64,000 bases of DNA from an uncultured bacterium (GCA_965372795.1 CBDVDR010000014.1:23391-87390); one strand, 5' to 3'; numbered from the stretch's first letter, positions 1 to 11,130 are shown. Notes: generated from the sequence alone by a model not told the origin. A program made the numbers and translations.

Positions 1-2
1 AT

Positions 3-689
3 GTTTCAATAGTTTACGGCCGGGTTCCAAAGGGGGAATATGTAAAATTAACTATATCTGATAATGGTTGTGGTATTCCTGATGACATTGTCCAGAAAAT
101 TTTTGATCCTTTCTTTACATCCAAGAGAACTAATATGAATCATGGTTCGGGGCTTGGGATGAGTGTTGTAGATGCGGTTATTAAAGACCACAAAGGATTT
201 ATTGACTTGAGTACCAAAGTCGGTGAAGGTACTTCTTTTTATATCTATTTACCTATCACGCTTGAGACGGTTGATATAAAGGATGCCAATAAAATTATGG
301 GCGGAGAAGAATCGATATTAGTTGTTGATGATGATGATATTCAGCGTGAAGTTTCAACTGTAATACTCACAAAGCTTGGATACAATGTAAATTCTGTAGA
401 AAGCGGCGAGAAAGCTATTTTATTCCTGCGTGAGAATCCGGTGGAGCTTGTCATACTTGACATGGTAATGCCGGGCGGGATTGATGGGACTGAAACCTAT
501 CGACAAATTCTAAAAGTAAATTCTGTTCAAAAGGCAATTATTTTATCAGGTTTTTCAGAATCAAGCAGTGTTTTAGAAGTTCAGAAATTGGGTGCCGGTG
601 CCTTTGTGAAGAAACCTGTTACTTCAAAAACAATTGCCGCCGCTGTGAGAACTGAACTTGATCGACCCAAGAAAATATCTAATTTGTAA
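3..689 (+). CDS. 5'-truncated hybrid sensor histidine kinase (HATPase_c + receiver)
   Basis: The frame is open from nt 3 (..YVKLTISDNGCGIPDDIVQKIFDPFFTSK..), continues into G-box HGSGLGMSVV and a REC domain (ILVVDDD, LDMVMP, KP). Close paralog of 6079..8925. Confidence 0.9.
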   Translation, partial: VSIVYGRVPKGEYVKLTISDNGCGIPDDIVQKIFDPFFTSKRTNMNHGSGLGMSVVDAVIKDHKGFIDLSTKVGEGTSFYIYLPITLETVDIKDANKIMGGEESILVVDDDDIQREVSTVILTKLGYNVNSVESGEKAILFLRENPVELVILDMVMPGGIDGTETYRQILKVNSVQKAIILSGFSESSSVLEVQKLGAGAFVKKPVTSKTIAAAVRTELDRPKKISNL

Positions 690-692
690 GGA

Positions 693-1877
693 TTAAGTTT
701 TTTTTGTTATTTTATAGATTTCGTCGTTTTTTCTGATACCCGGTATTTTGATACCAATCTCGTCACCCTTTTGGGCTTTTGAAACAATCCTGTTTTCAAT
801 TTCAATTGATTTTACTTCGGTCTTTTTTATACCAGTTTTATTCCCAATCACAATAATTTCATCACCAACTTTTAAATCCAATAATAATTTTACTGCCGCG
901 ACTTGATTCTTTGTATAGTAATTGGTGACTTTCCCCAATGCCCGTTTGATCTCTTTTGCATCATTATTTTGGGTTGTGGAAAAATCATGATTAGTTGGTT
1001 TGCCAAGGAAGAAACCGGATGAGAACTGCCGATTAAAAACTTTTTCCAAATCGTTGATTCCGGTTTTTATTTCTTCATCGGTCAATTTATTATCCAGGGC
1101 TTTTCTATAAACCGAGGTAACCTGATCAACGTACCTTGCATCTCTCCCCCTGCCTTCGATTTTAAAACTAATGACACCTGCTTTTTTCATTGGTTCTACA
1201 AAGGCGAGACCGCATAAATCCTTGGCAGACATAATTTGAGAATTTTCAACTCGTAATTCATGTCCGTTATCATCAGTAACAACGTAACTTCTCCGACAAT
1301 TTTGGTAACACTCTCCCCGGTTAGCTGATTTGTTATAGGTAAACTGAGACATAAAACATCGTCCAGAGACAGCAACACACATAGCACCATGCACAAAACA
1401 TTCGACCTCAATTGTTTTGGAAATATTTTTGATCTGTTTTAAATTTAACTCCCGGGCTAAAACGATTCTTTTGGCACCCATTTTTTTATAGAATTCGGCA
1501 GCTTCGGTATTTGCCACAGATGCCTGGGTTGAGATGAAAAACGGGATTTTATATTTTTTACTAAGTCTCATTACGGCATGGTCCCAGCAAATAATCGCAT
1601 CAACTTTGCCTTTTATTTTACTTATGACTTTCTCTAATTTTTTCAGTTCATCATCATAAATAATAGTATTCAGAGTGAGATACATTTTCACCTTGCGAGG
1701 GGAAGCTTCACAAACTTCTCTCATTTGGTCAAGGTCAGTCAGTTTGAAATTTTTGGAAGTTGCCCGCATGGAGAATTCGTTTAATCCAAAATAAACAGCG
1801 TCCGCCCCGGCATTAACAGCCGCAACTAACATTGAGAAATTTCCCGCCGGAGCCATTAGTTCATATTTCTTTTTCAT
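693..1877 (-). CDS. U32 family peptidase-like protein (Fe-S; tRNA/rRNA hydroxylation or collagenase-like) with C-terminal beta-barrel domain
   Basis: ELMAPAG..GADAVYFG, HGAMCVAVSGRC..NRGECYQNCR Cys cluster, FKIEGR. Confidence 0.85.
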   Translation of the reverse strand: MKKKYELMAPAGNFSMLVAAVNAGADAVYFGLNEFSMRATSKNFKLTDLDQMREVCEASPRKVKMYLTLNTIIYDDELKKLEKVISKIKGKVDAIICWDHAVMRLSKKYKIPFFISTQASVANTEAAEFYKKMGAKRIVLARELNLKQIKNISKTIEVECFVHGAMCVAVSGRCFMSQFTYNKSANRGECYQNCRRSYVVTDDNGHELRVENSQIMSAKDLCGLAFVEPMKKAGVISFKIEGRGRDARYVDQVTSVYRKALDNKLTDEEIKTGINDLEKVFNRQFSSGFFLGKPTNHDFSTTQNNDAKEIKRALGKVTNYYTKNQVAAVKLLLDLKVGDEIIVIGNKTGIKKTEVKSIEIENRIVSKAQKGDEIGIKIPGIRKNDEIYKITKKT

Positions 1878-2066
1878 CGGTAACTCTAAAATATCCTATT
1901 TTGATCAATTTTCATATTTGAAATGTAATTCAAAAACCAGATAAATCAATCAGAACTAATAATTAATATTTTGCTATTCTTGCCCGGTTAAACCTATTCG
2001 TTTACAAACATCATTCGGTTTAGTATTGTTACAAGAAGAAAACAATAAATCGACAGGAGAATTAAA

Positions 2067-2558
2067 TTGGGTACTACTATAAAAGAAGTTCTTTGGCTGC
2101 AATACGGGGCTGCCATAGATATGCTCGAAAACGGAATAGTTGAGTGCCCTGAAAAATTATGGGGCGACCGTTCACAAAAACCTGAATTCTGGTATATAGC
2201 CTATCATACAATATTCTTTCTTGATTTCTACCTCTCTGATTCGGCTGAAGGGTTTACTCCCCCACAACCATTCGGGCTGACCGAGCTTGATCCGGCAGGC
2301 GTATTTCCTGAACGTGTATATTCACAAGATGAACTTCTAACTTATCTAAAATTTGCACGCAACAAATGCAAAGAAAAAGTTTCTACCTTATCTGATGAGA
2401 ACGCCGAACTGCCCTGTGCAATGCGAAAAGGACTCACCGTTGCGGAGTTATATATGTATACTATGCGTCATGTCCAGCATCATGCGGCTCAGTTATATTT
2501 GATATTACGCCAACAGATTGATTCAGCCCCACCCTGGGTTAGTAAAGCAAAAGATTGA
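2067..2558 (+). CDS. DinB family protein
   Basis: W.IAYH.IFFLDFYL and RHVQHHAAQL His motifs; AGGAG SD before a TTG start. Confidence 0.75.
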   Translation: MGTTIKEVLWLQYGAAIDMLENGIVECPEKLWGDRSQKPEFWYIAYHTIFFLDFYLSDSAEGFTPPQPFGLTELDPAGVFPERVYSQDELLTYLKFARNKCKEKVSTLSDENAELPCAMRKGLTVAELYMYTMRHVQHHAAQLYLILRQQIDSAPPWVSKAKD

Positions 2559-2592
2559 TCAGGTTGTATTTTAAAATAAGAGCTTTTGCCTA

Positions 2593-3426
2593 ATGTCAAT
2601 CGGTGTAAAGTATATAATCATTTCAACGATTTTCTTCGCCTTGATGAATATCGGGGTCAAATATCTTGATAACATCCCTGCTTATGAGATAGTATTTTTT
2701 AGAGCACTGGTGTCGCTGGTAGTATGCTATTTTTTAATTAAAAAACAAAAATTAAATCCCTGGGGGAACAATAAGAAGTATCTGATTTTGCGAGGCATCG
2801 CCGGTACCGGAGGGTTAATGATGTATTTTTATACTTTGCAGCAAATGCCTTTAGCATCGGCTGTTACAATACAGTATCTCTCCCCTATTTTTACAATTAT
2901 CTTTGCTGGCTTTCTGCTTAAAGAACATCCTCGATCAATTCAGTGGTTATTTTTTCTGATCTCTTTTATGGGTGTCTTTTTTATTAAGGGATTTGATCCA
3001 AGAGTTTCGGTAACTGATTTAATAATCGGAATTAGTGCGGCTGTCTGCTCGGGATTTGCTTATAATTTTATTCGTAAATTAAAAGAATTTGATCATCCTC
3101 TGGTTGTTGTACTTTATTTCCCGCTGGTGACAGTTCCGATAATAGGAACCTATACACTTTTTCATTGGGTAACTCCTAATCTCACCGAATTGATAATATT
3201 AATTGGAATCGGTCTTACAACTACTGTTGCTCAAATTTATATGACCAAAGCCTACCAACTTGAACGCGCGGCTAATATCAGCAATTTCAATTATCTTGGG
3301 GCAGTCTATGCCATCATCATCGGATATTTTCTATTTGGAGAAGTAATCAGTTTATTAGCCTATCTTGGAATAGGATTAATAATTTCAGGAGTTTTATTTT
3401 CCGCTCGTTTTCGAACTAAAGCTTAA
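2593..3426 (+). CDS. DMT/EamA family transporter
   Basis: ~10 hydrophobic segments, duplicated EamA pattern (LSPIFT..LLKE; LFGE). Confidence 0.9.
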   Translation: MSIGVKYIIISTIFFALMNIGVKYLDNIPAYEIVFFRALVSLVVCYFLIKKQKLNPWGNNKKYLILRGIAGTGGLMMYFYTLQQMPLASAVTIQYLSPIFTIIFAGFLLKEHPRSIQWLFFLISFMGVFFIKGFDPRVSVTDLIIGISAAVCSGFAYNFIRKLKEFDHPLVVVLYFPLVTVPIIGTYTLFHWVTPNLTELIILIGIGLTTTVAQIYMTKAYQLERAANISNFNYLGAVYAIIIGYFLFGEVISLLAYLGIGLIISGVLFSARFRTKA

Positions 3427-3660
3427 AATCTTTTATGTCAAGCGGCAAAGGAATCAAATACTTTTGTTATCACAAGCATTTAGAAAAGATGAAAGACAAG
3501 ATCAGAAATGCCTATTTGATGTTGCGGGGCACTATTCTCGACCGGATGTTTTAGTATAATATCAATAAATAGACAATACTAACCACTTGACAACAGCCTT
3601 TAGTTATCGCACCTTATAAATAACTCAAATATCTTTAACCAAAAACAGTAGGTAGTAATT

Positions 3661-4350
3661 ATGTTTAATATTAGGCAAAATCACAGTTTTCAGGCTTCCC
3701 TTTCAGCTAAACAGACTGGCTTTAGAATTCTATTCATTTTGATAATGACTTCTTTATTACTTCTTCTTGGGTGCAGCGATGACAAGAAAAATCCTGTAAT
3801 TGATGATTTTGTACCTGATATATATGTTAGCGGTTTTCTATCTTTTGATTATTTGAAGATAGCTCTCCCCCCTGAAGCAGGAACTTTTGCAATTGAAGGT
3901 CTTACAATGCCTGTGAATGGACAATTTCCTTTAAATATTACTGAAGTATGTGGAGGATCGCATATTCCTGCTCAAACTGAATCCTATGCTTTTTGCTATG
4001 GAGGCAGGAAAAATTTAGATAATACGGTTGATATAATGATTATCGTATTATCTAAAACGGGTAATGCTGTTACAACCGGTAATTATCCGGTTAGTCTCAC
4101 TCAAGTGAATTTGTATGCTTACTTAGAAGGTGTTGAGGATTTTGAACTTCCTGATGAATTTGACCCGGAACAGGCTTCATCCTGGATTGAAACCTTAACC
4201 GCCAATAGAATATTTGTAAGTACGACCGGATCAATCACAGTTGACGAAATCACTAATTCCACTTTTAACGGATCATTTACCGGAACAATGGCATCAGCGA
4301 CCGGTATTTTTACAGTCAGTAATGGTGTTTTTAGTATGGTAGGCTTATAA
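3661..4350 (+). CDS. hypothetical lipoprotein
   Basis: Lipobox LLGC-SDD; beta-rich C-terminus (GSITV..FNGSFTG..NGVF). Start uncertain. Confidence 0.6.
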   Translation: MFNIRQNHSFQASLSAKQTGFRILFILIMTSLLLLLGCSDDKKNPVIDDFVPDIYVSGFLSFDYLKIALPPEAGTFAIEGLTMPVNGQFPLNITEVCGGSHIPAQTESYAFCYGGRKNLDNTVDIMIIVLSKTGNAVTTGNYPVSLTQVNLYAYLEGVEDFELPDEFDPEQASSWIETLTANRIFVSTTGSITVDEITNSTFNGSFTGTMASATGIFTVSNGVFSMVGL

Positions 4351-4368
4351 ACAACAAAAACTACTGCC

Positions 4369-5163
4369 TTATCTGGTTTCATCAATTAGGATAGAATAAA
4401 AATAATCGGCTGCTTTTTTTTCGATCCAGGGATAATGCCCGCAGTCCGGTATGATTATAAATTTTGGGTCTGCCAAGCAACTTTCAAGAAAAGGACGGAT
4501 ACCTTCTATTGGATGCGGGTCATAGTCTCCATGGATCACAATCACCGGGACTTTAATTCGAGAAAATAGATTTTTCAGATACCCCGGTTTATTGCGTAAG
4601 GTAACAAAATCGCCCCAGACTTTTTTGTGCAGTTCAGCCTGGACTTCGATCACTTCAAGATCGGTGGTAATCGGATCGTACAAATCTGTTTCCATAAAGA
4701 GTTTTCCCCACTCTTTAAAAATTGAATTCTGTTGTTCTTTGGGAGCAGATTGAAAGTTTTTTTTTATAGATTTATATCGAGCCTGATTTTCCGGGCTTAG
4801 CCTTTGAAATCGTATGTTTTCAATCATCGCCGAATGTTTCGAATCAAAAACCGCTGAACCGATTAGAATTAGTTTTTTTACCATAGAAGACTCGCGGGCA
4901 GCTAAAAACAGAGCCAAAACCGCCCCCCATGATGATCCAACTAATGTAACAGGGAGGGTTGAATTCTGTTGGAGTTGTTCTTTTAATTCATCAATTTGCC
5001 CAACAAGGGAATCTTCAGATTGGATAGGTTCCAATATGCCTATTTTATCACTCAATTTACGGGCAATCGGAGCCATATATCCGGGCGCACCGGGACCTCC
5101 GTGAAGCAGGGCAACCTTGAAGGGAGGATTGCCGTATTTTCTAACTTGCATATCAATTCCCAT
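4369..5163 (-). CDS. alpha/beta hydrolase
   Basis: HGGPG oxyanion motif, GSSWG nucleophile elbow, HGDYD, CGHYPW. Confidence 0.9.
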   Translation of the reverse strand: MGIDMQVRKYGNPPFKVALLHGGPGAPGYMAPIARKLSDKIGILEPIQSEDSLVGQIDELKEQLQQNSTLPVTLVGSSWGAVLALFLAARESSMVKKLILIGSAVFDSKHSAMIENIRFQRLSPENQARYKSIKKNFQSAPKEQQNSIFKEWGKLFMETDLYDPITTDLEVIEVQAELHKKVWGDFVTLRNKPGYLKNLFSRIKVPVIVIHGDYDPHPIEGIRPFLESCLADPKFIIIPDCGHYPWIEKKAADYFYSILIDETR

Positions 5164-5292
5164 AGATTAACATTATTTAAATATTAAAACATTCTATTAT
5201 ATATTTTTTATTTTCAAACTTGCATATAAAACCGGGGTGATTTAATTTTTAATCAATTGAATCAAACCAATATTTGACCGATATTATATATA

Positions 5293-5853
5293 ATGAAAAT
5301 TTTCTTATACATAATTGTTATTATAATTTTAGTTCCATTTATGGGATTTGCTGAAATTTTATTTCCCACAGGATATAATTTTCTAAACCAGTATAATATC
5401 AATACTCAAAGCATTAGCTCGGATGATACTTTGATTATCACCCGTACAATAGTTAATAATGAATCATTTTCATTAACCGGTCTGTTTTTCTCAGAACATA
5501 TACCCGAAGAATTTAACCTGATAGACCATTCTGTTACTAAAAATGGAAATAGCATATCTTATATTTTTGATAATACAATCTTCCCATCTTATCCTGATAA
5601 TAATTGCTTCTATTGGATTGTTGATGATCCTAACGGAGAAATTTTGAATAGTATAAATCCAGGCGATAATTTGACATTAATTACCAAATATACTTGTTCA
5701 GTAAACGGAAATTATACATTTCCGCTTCATTCCAGCTCATTTTATGGCAATTCAACCGGATTTTATTCTACCGCTAATTCACTGCAAATTAGCGTTTCTT
5801 CAGAAATTGATGTTACTCCGCCAGCCCGAGTAATTGACTTGGAAGCATTTTAA
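5293..5853 (+). CDS. secreted beta-sandwich (DUF11-like) hypothetical protein
   Basis: Signal peptide; ITRTIVNN..LTGLFFSEHIPEEF and PGDNLTL patterns. Confidence 0.5.
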   Translation: MKIFLYIIVIIILVPFMGFAEILFPTGYNFLNQYNINTQSISSDDTLIITRTIVNNESFSLTGLFFSEHIPEEFNLIDHSVTKNGNSISYIFDNTIFPSYPDNNCFYWIVDDPNGEILNSINPGDNLTLITKYTCSVNGNYTFPLHSSSFYGNSTGFYSTANSLQISVSSEIDVTPPARVIDLEAF

Positions 5854-6078
5854 ATATTTAAGATAATATATCTCTATATAATACAGTTTTTAATCGCTAT
5901 CTAATTATACATCAAAAAGATAATTTATTTTTTTACACATATTAAATAATTAACTTAGTAACATTTTTGAGATAGTATCCGATAAATAATTAAAGGTAAT
6001 ATTTTATCATAAAAAATATGTTTTTTTCGACTGAGTCAATTTTTACTGTGTCAAAGCCAGGGCTTAAGAAAGACATTT

Positions 6079-8925
6079 ATGAAAGACCACCGAGAAACTA
6101 AAAAGCAACTAATCAAAACAATAAAGACGCTGCGTCAACAGCTCAGTAATTTTCAATCTGGTGATAATTCAGACCAATTTAATAATCATAAAAGTTCGGA
6201 TATAAAATTGACTCCGCCAACGAATTCCCCCAATAATGAATTTGAATATTTATTTAACGAATCACAACTCGTTGCCAAACTTGGCACATATTTACTGGAT
6301 ATAAAAACCGGAGTATGGACAAGTTCTGATATGTTAAACATCATTTTTGGGATTGATGATAATTACATAAAAGATAATAATGGGTGGTTTCAAATACTTC
6401 ATCTTGATTATAAGGAAGAATTACAACATTATTTTCTAAATGATGTATTAAAGAATAAAGAAAATTTTGATAAAGAATATAAAATTATAAGTTTTGATGA
6501 TAAAAGAGAAAAATGGGTTCATGGATTAGGGGAGCTCAAATTTGATTCGGATGGAAATCCAGTTAGTATGCTTGGAACGATTCAGGATATAACCGAGCGA
6601 AAACTATCGGAAGAAATAATACGAAAATCTGAAGAACGACTTAGAACTCATTTAGAACAATCGCCTCTGGGTTATATCGAATTTGACTCAGAATTTAATA
6701 TAAAGGAATGGAATAAATCAGCAGAGGTTATATTTGGATATACCAAAGAAGAAATCCTCGATAACCATGGCTCGTTGTTAATACCAGAGCATCTAAAAAA
6801 AGAATTTTTTATTACTTTTAATGAGTTATTGAATTTCCGAGGAAAGAAACTATATACCTATCCCAATATAACTAAAACAGGTGAAACAATTATATGTGAG
6901 TGGTATAATACACCGTTGATTAATTCAAATGGCAGTACCCTTGGAGTTGCCTCTTTAGTTATTGATGTTACTAAACAGAAACAAGCAGAAAAATCATTAC
7001 TAAAAAGTGAAGAGTTTAGCAGGGCATTAATAGAAAATTCTCCGTTAGGAATATCGGTTAGAAATACTTATGGAAAATTATTGAGTGTTAACAAAGCCTG
7101 GCAAAATATCTGGGGAATATCGAATGCTCAGGTAAAAGAATTTATGTCAATAGATCCAAAAGAATTACTTTTTAACGATCAAGATCGTTATATCAACAGA
7201 TGGATTCCTCAATTAGAAAAGGTATACAAAGAGGGCGGACAATTTTATATCCCTGAGTTACCTCTAACTACTCAAAGCTCAACCGGAACGAAATGGGTAT
7301 CGCAAACTTTTTATTCTATCAATAATGAGAATAATTCAGTAGATCATGTGGTTATTATAACTCATGATATTACCGAACGAAAAGAAGCTGAGATGGCAGT
7401 AATTGAGAGTGAAGAAAAATTTAAGAATATTGCCAATCATATGTTTGATGTCATAACAACTATAGATTTATCAGGTAAATTATTATATGTCTCACCTTCA
7501 ATTAGAAGAGTCTTCGGTTATACTCCTGAAAATCTAATAGGCAAGAATATCATGGAATTTGTCCCCGGTGATGAAATCCCCCATGCTCTGGAATCTTTTG
7601 ATATGAGTGCTCAAGGAAAATTGGTTGAACATTTCCCCTCTGAGTTTATCAAGAAGGATAATTCGATTGCAAAAATTCAAGTAAATGCATTACCTGTTTA
7701 TAAAGATGGCGAGATTATTGGGGCACAAGCAATTCTTCATGATGTAACTGAGGAAACAAGGCTTCAGGAACTTGAATCCCGCGCTCAGCGTCTTGAGGCT
7801 GCCGGGAGTATCGCCGGTCAAATAGCTCATGATTTTAATAATTTGCTGGCACCTATGACAGCCTATCCCGATTTTATAAGAGAAGAACTTCCGGAAGGCC
7901 ATCCAGCCTTAGAGTATCTTGATGATATTGAACGCTCTGCTTATCAGATTGCTGATATCAATCAGCAACTATTGACATTAGGCAGGCGGGGCCATTATAA
8001 TCAGGAACCTTTAAATTTGAACGATATCATCCCCTTTGCCATAAAGGAAAATGTTAAGATAACAGACAGCTTAATTTGCAAGTTGGATCTTGCCGGCGAC
8101 TTAAAGAATATGATGGGTGGTAATGCACAAATTTATAGAGTAATATCCAATTTATTGATAAATGCCAGTGATGCGGTTCATGGTTCCGGGAAAATAATAA
8201 TTAAGACAGAAAATATAAATCTTATAAAAGTATCTTCAAAAATCAATCAAGTTCCTAAAGGCAGCTATGTAAAGCTGACAGTTAAAGATAATGGCTATGG
8301 CATACCGGAAGATAAGATTACAAAAATATTTGATCCTTTCTTTACCCTTAAAACAACCGATAAAAAACGCGGTTCGGGTCTTGGCTTAAGTGTCGTGGAT
8401 ACGGTTGTCAAAGATCATGATGGCTATATTGACCTGATTACAAAAGAGGGAGTCGGCACATCATTCTATATTTATTTCCCTATCACAAATGATTCAGTAA
8501 AACCGGAAGAGGTGGAATCATTCTTAGGGGGGAATGAATCTTTGCTGGTTGTTGATGACGATAATGTCCAAAGAGAAGTAACTTGTAAGCTTCTTAACAA
8601 GTTAGGTTATAATATCACCACGGTGAATAGTGGTGAAAAGGCGATTGAAATTTTAAAACTAAACCAGTTTGATCTTCTAATTCTCGACATGGTTATGCCT
8701 TTGGGAATAGATGGAGCTACAACTTACCAGAAAGCTCTGGAAATAAATCCAGATCAAAAAGCTATAATCGTCTCTGGATATTCAGAAACTGATCGCGTTA
8801 CAAAAGCTCAATCATTCGGTGCCGGTGAGTTTATTAAAAAACCATTGACTCAAAAAATTATCGCTAAGGCTGTTAGAAAAGAACTTAACAGAAAAATGAG
8901 TGAATGTTTAATCGCTGAATATTAA
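6079..8925 (+). CDS. multi-PAS hybrid sensor histidine kinase/response regulator
   Basis: Four PAS/PAC repeats (DITERK, DVTKQK, DITERK, DVTEE), H-box AHDFNN, N/G boxes, C-terminal REC. Confidence 0.95.
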   Translation: MKDHRETKKQLIKTIKTLRQQLSNFQSGDNSDQFNNHKSSDIKLTPPTNSPNNEFEYLFNESQLVAKLGTYLLDIKTGVWTSSDMLNIIFGIDDNYIKDNNGWFQILHLDYKEELQHYFLNDVLKNKENFDKEYKIISFDDKREKWVHGLGELKFDSDGNPVSMLGTIQDITERKLSEEIIRKSEERLRTHLEQSPLGYIEFDSEFNIKEWNKSAEVIFGYTKEEILDNHGSLLIPEHLKKEFFITFNELLNFRGKKLYTYPNITKTGETIICEWYNTPLINSNGSTLGVASLVIDVTKQKQAEKSLLKSEEFSRALIENSPLGISVRNTYGKLLSVNKAWQNIWGISNAQVKEFMSIDPKELLFNDQDRYINRWIPQLEKVYKEGGQFYIPELPLTTQSSTGTKWVSQTFYSINNENNSVDHVVIITHDITERKEAEMAVIESEEKFKNIANHMFDVITTIDLSGKLLYVSPSIRRVFGYTPENLIGKNIMEFVPGDEIPHALESFDMSAQGKLVEHFPSEFIKKDNSIAKIQVNALPVYKDGEIIGAQAILHDVTEETRLQELESRAQRLEAAGSIAGQIAHDFNNLLAPMTAYPDFIREELPEGHPALEYLDDIERSAYQIADINQQLLTLGRRGHYNQEPLNLNDIIPFAIKENVKITDSLICKLDLAGDLKNMMGGNAQIYRVISNLLINASDAVHGSGKIIIKTENINLIKVSSKINQVPKGSYVKLTVKDNGYGIPEDKITKIFDPFFTLKTTDKKRGSGLGLSVVDTVVKDHDGYIDLITKEGVGTSFYIYFPITNDSVKPEEVESFLGGNESLLVVDDDNVQREVTCKLLNKLGYNITTVNSGEKAIEILKLNQFDLLILDMVMPLGIDGATTYQKALEINPDQKAIIVSGYSETDRVTKAQSFGAGEFIKKPLTQKIIAKAVRKELNRKMSECLIAEY

Positions 8926-9078
8926 TAACTATATTTATTTATTTAATTCAATTTTGTAAAAGATTAGTTGCATCCAAAATTAAAATCCAATAACTTTCTT
9001 AAGAATATCTATTAAACAACAAGTAGAATTTGATACAGAACTTTTTATACTTAATAGTTTTGAACAGGAGATCAAAAT

Positions 9079-9747
9079 ATGAAAAGAACAGCAATTTTTG
9101 CCATGGTAGGTTTGATTCTGATAGGATCTTTCGGGTGTGGTGCCTGGAAAAAAAGAGACAAAGGCGCATTAATCGGTGCCGGTGCGGGAGCTGTAATTGG
9201 TGGTATCATTGGCGATAAAGCCGGTAATACTGCGGTTGGGGCAATCATCGGAGCCGCAGTTGGCGGAGCTGCCGGAGCCTATATAGGTAATTATATGGAT
9301 AATCAAGCAGCGGAAATTCAAAGAGATTTAGAAGGTGCCAGAGTCGAAAGGATCGGTGAAGGGATTAAAATTACCTTTGATTCCGGTATTCTGTTTGATA
9401 TCAATTCTTCATCATTGAGACCGATTGCTAAAGATAACTTGGGTAATCTTGCCGGTATTTTAAATAAATATTCAGATACAGAGATTCTTGTAGAAGGTCA
9501 TACTGATGCCACCGGCTCAAACGATCATAATCTGAACCTGTCTATGCGTCGGGCTCAATCAGTTTCCAACTATATGACTACTCTGGAAGTTTTCTCTAAC
9601 CGATTTAGAATTATGGGATATGGCGAAGATCAACCAATCGCCAGTAATGATACAGAATCAGGACGTCAGGACAACCGCCGGGTTGAAATAGCTATCTTTG
9701 CTAATGATAAACTTAAAGATGCTGCAAAGGCTAAAACTGAAGGATAA
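9079..9747 (+). CDS. OmpA family lipoprotein with glycine zipper (YiaD-like)
   Basis: Lipobox SFGC, GAxxGA zipper, EGHTD..NLNLS.RRAQSV, NRRVEI. Confidence 0.95.
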   Translation: MKRTAIFAMVGLILIGSFGCGAWKKRDKGALIGAGAGAVIGGIIGDKAGNTAVGAIIGAAVGGAAGAYIGNYMDNQAAEIQRDLEGARVERIGEGIKITFDSGILFDINSSSLRPIAKDNLGNLAGILNKYSDTEILVEGHTDATGSNDHNLNLSMRRAQSVSNYMTTLEVFSNRFRIMGYGEDQPIASNDTESGRQDNRRVEIAIFANDKLKDAAKAKTEG

Positions 9748-9769
9748 ACTTCAAATTCTATTTTACTTT

Positions 9770-9799
9770 AAGGCTGGAATTTATTCCAGCCTTTTTTTT
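9770..9799 (+). terminator. intrinsic terminator after the OmpA gene
   Basis: AAGGCTGGAAT-tt-ATTCCAGCCTT followed by a T run. Confidence 0.85.
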
Positions 9800-9883
9800 G
9801 TTGAATCTTCTCTATTAAAGAGGTTAAACTTGTGGAGTTTAATGAATTTAATAACTTTGCATTTTTGAATTAGAGATAGACTT

Positions 9884-11125
9884 TTGCATAATAGAAACTT
9901 CAATATCTTTCGATACCCCATCAGTATAGGTTTAATTTTAGCAATATTATTGATTATTAGCAATGGAACTGCTAATTCGATTGAGTTGCGGGGGAAATTT
10001 AACTCTGATTTATATATCTGGACAGACAGTTCCGAATCCCATTTCAGACCGTATGAACAATTAAGAACCGATATTATTTTTTCAAGACCATCCCGAGGCA
10101 AACAGATATCTTTTCACTCAAATATCAGATGGAGAAACGATTTTCAGGATCAGCTCCCGGATGACCCTCAATTATTTATTTATGATGGTTTCTTAAGAAT
10201 TGAAAACATGATCGGGTCAAGCCTGATACAATTAGGCCGTCAATATTATTACAATGGTGCCGGAAGCGCCCATTTTGACGGACTTAGAACTCAATACAAA
10301 TTCGGTAAAAAGTTTAAAGTTAATTTTTTTGGAGGAAGCCGGGTAAACCGTCTTGACCCTGAGACAATTAAATCATTTTCAGAATCCGGAATTATGGGGA
10401 GTAAACTTCAAATATCCGGAATCAGAAGAACAAATTTGAACTTTAGCTGGCTGGCAAAGCTCGAAGAAGATAATATTGTTTATAATAAAGCCACAATAGA
10501 TATTAAAAAAAGAAGCCGGTTTTGGGTTTTTTATGGTAAAGCAGGATTTAATATTCTCAATAAGCGATTATCGGATATTTTATCCCGCGCAATTTTCACA
10601 AATAATGAATGGCGGATTTCTGCTGAATACAGCAAACGAGAACCTTCTCTGTTTGGAAATACAATTTTCTCTATCATTGACTATAAAAAAAATAAAACTC
10701 TAAGATTAAATCTGAATCGTCATATTAATAGCAGGTTATCAATATTTAGCCGTTATCAAGTAAGTTTTTTCTCAGCTGAAAACTCGCGCTTGTACAATTT
10801 TGGTTTCAGTTTTAAAAATATTACTCTCTCCTATTATAAACAGACCGGGTATGGTGGAAAAAATAGCGGATTTTCAGGATCGGCATATCACTCATTAAAC
10901 AGTAACTGGCAAACTTATGCTCGATTCAATTTAAGTAAATATAAAATTCAATCACTTCAGTCTGATAATTACAAAGCCTATACAGCGGCTTTTGGAATGG
11001 ACAGGAAATTTACCGGAGGCTGGGTAGTCAGAGGTGAATATCAATATTTGAAGAATGCGATTAGCAATAATGATGTTCGGTTGTACTTCAGGGTAAGTAA
11101 GAATTTTGTTTTAGGGAAGATATAA
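9884..11125 (+). CDS. putative outer-membrane beta-barrel (porin of a porin-cytochrome conduit)
   Basis: Signal peptide, alternating amphipathic beta-strands rich in aromatic and basic residues (IQLGRQY, VRGEYQY, LYFRVSKNF); 5 nt upstream of a multiheme cytochrome gene. Confidence 0.7.
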   Translation: MHNRNFNIFRYPISIGLILAILLIISNGTANSIELRGKFNSDLYIWTDSSESHFRPYEQLRTDIIFSRPSRGKQISFHSNIRWRNDFQDQLPDDPQLFIYDGFLRIENMIGSSLIQLGRQYYYNGAGSAHFDGLRTQYKFGKKFKVNFFGGSRVNRLDPETIKSFSESGIMGSKLQISGIRRTNLNFSWLAKLEEDNIVYNKATIDIKKRSRFWVFYGKAGFNILNKRLSDILSRAIFTNNEWRISAEYSKREPSLFGNTIFSIIDYKKNKTLRLNLNRHINSRLSIFSRYQVSFFSAENSRLYNFGFSFKNITLSYYKQTGYGGKNSGFSGSAYHSLNSNWQTYARFNLSKYKIQSLQSDNYKAYTAAFGMDRKFTGGWVVRGEYQYLKNAISNNDVRLYFRVSKNFVLGKI

Positions 11126-11130
11126 AGATA

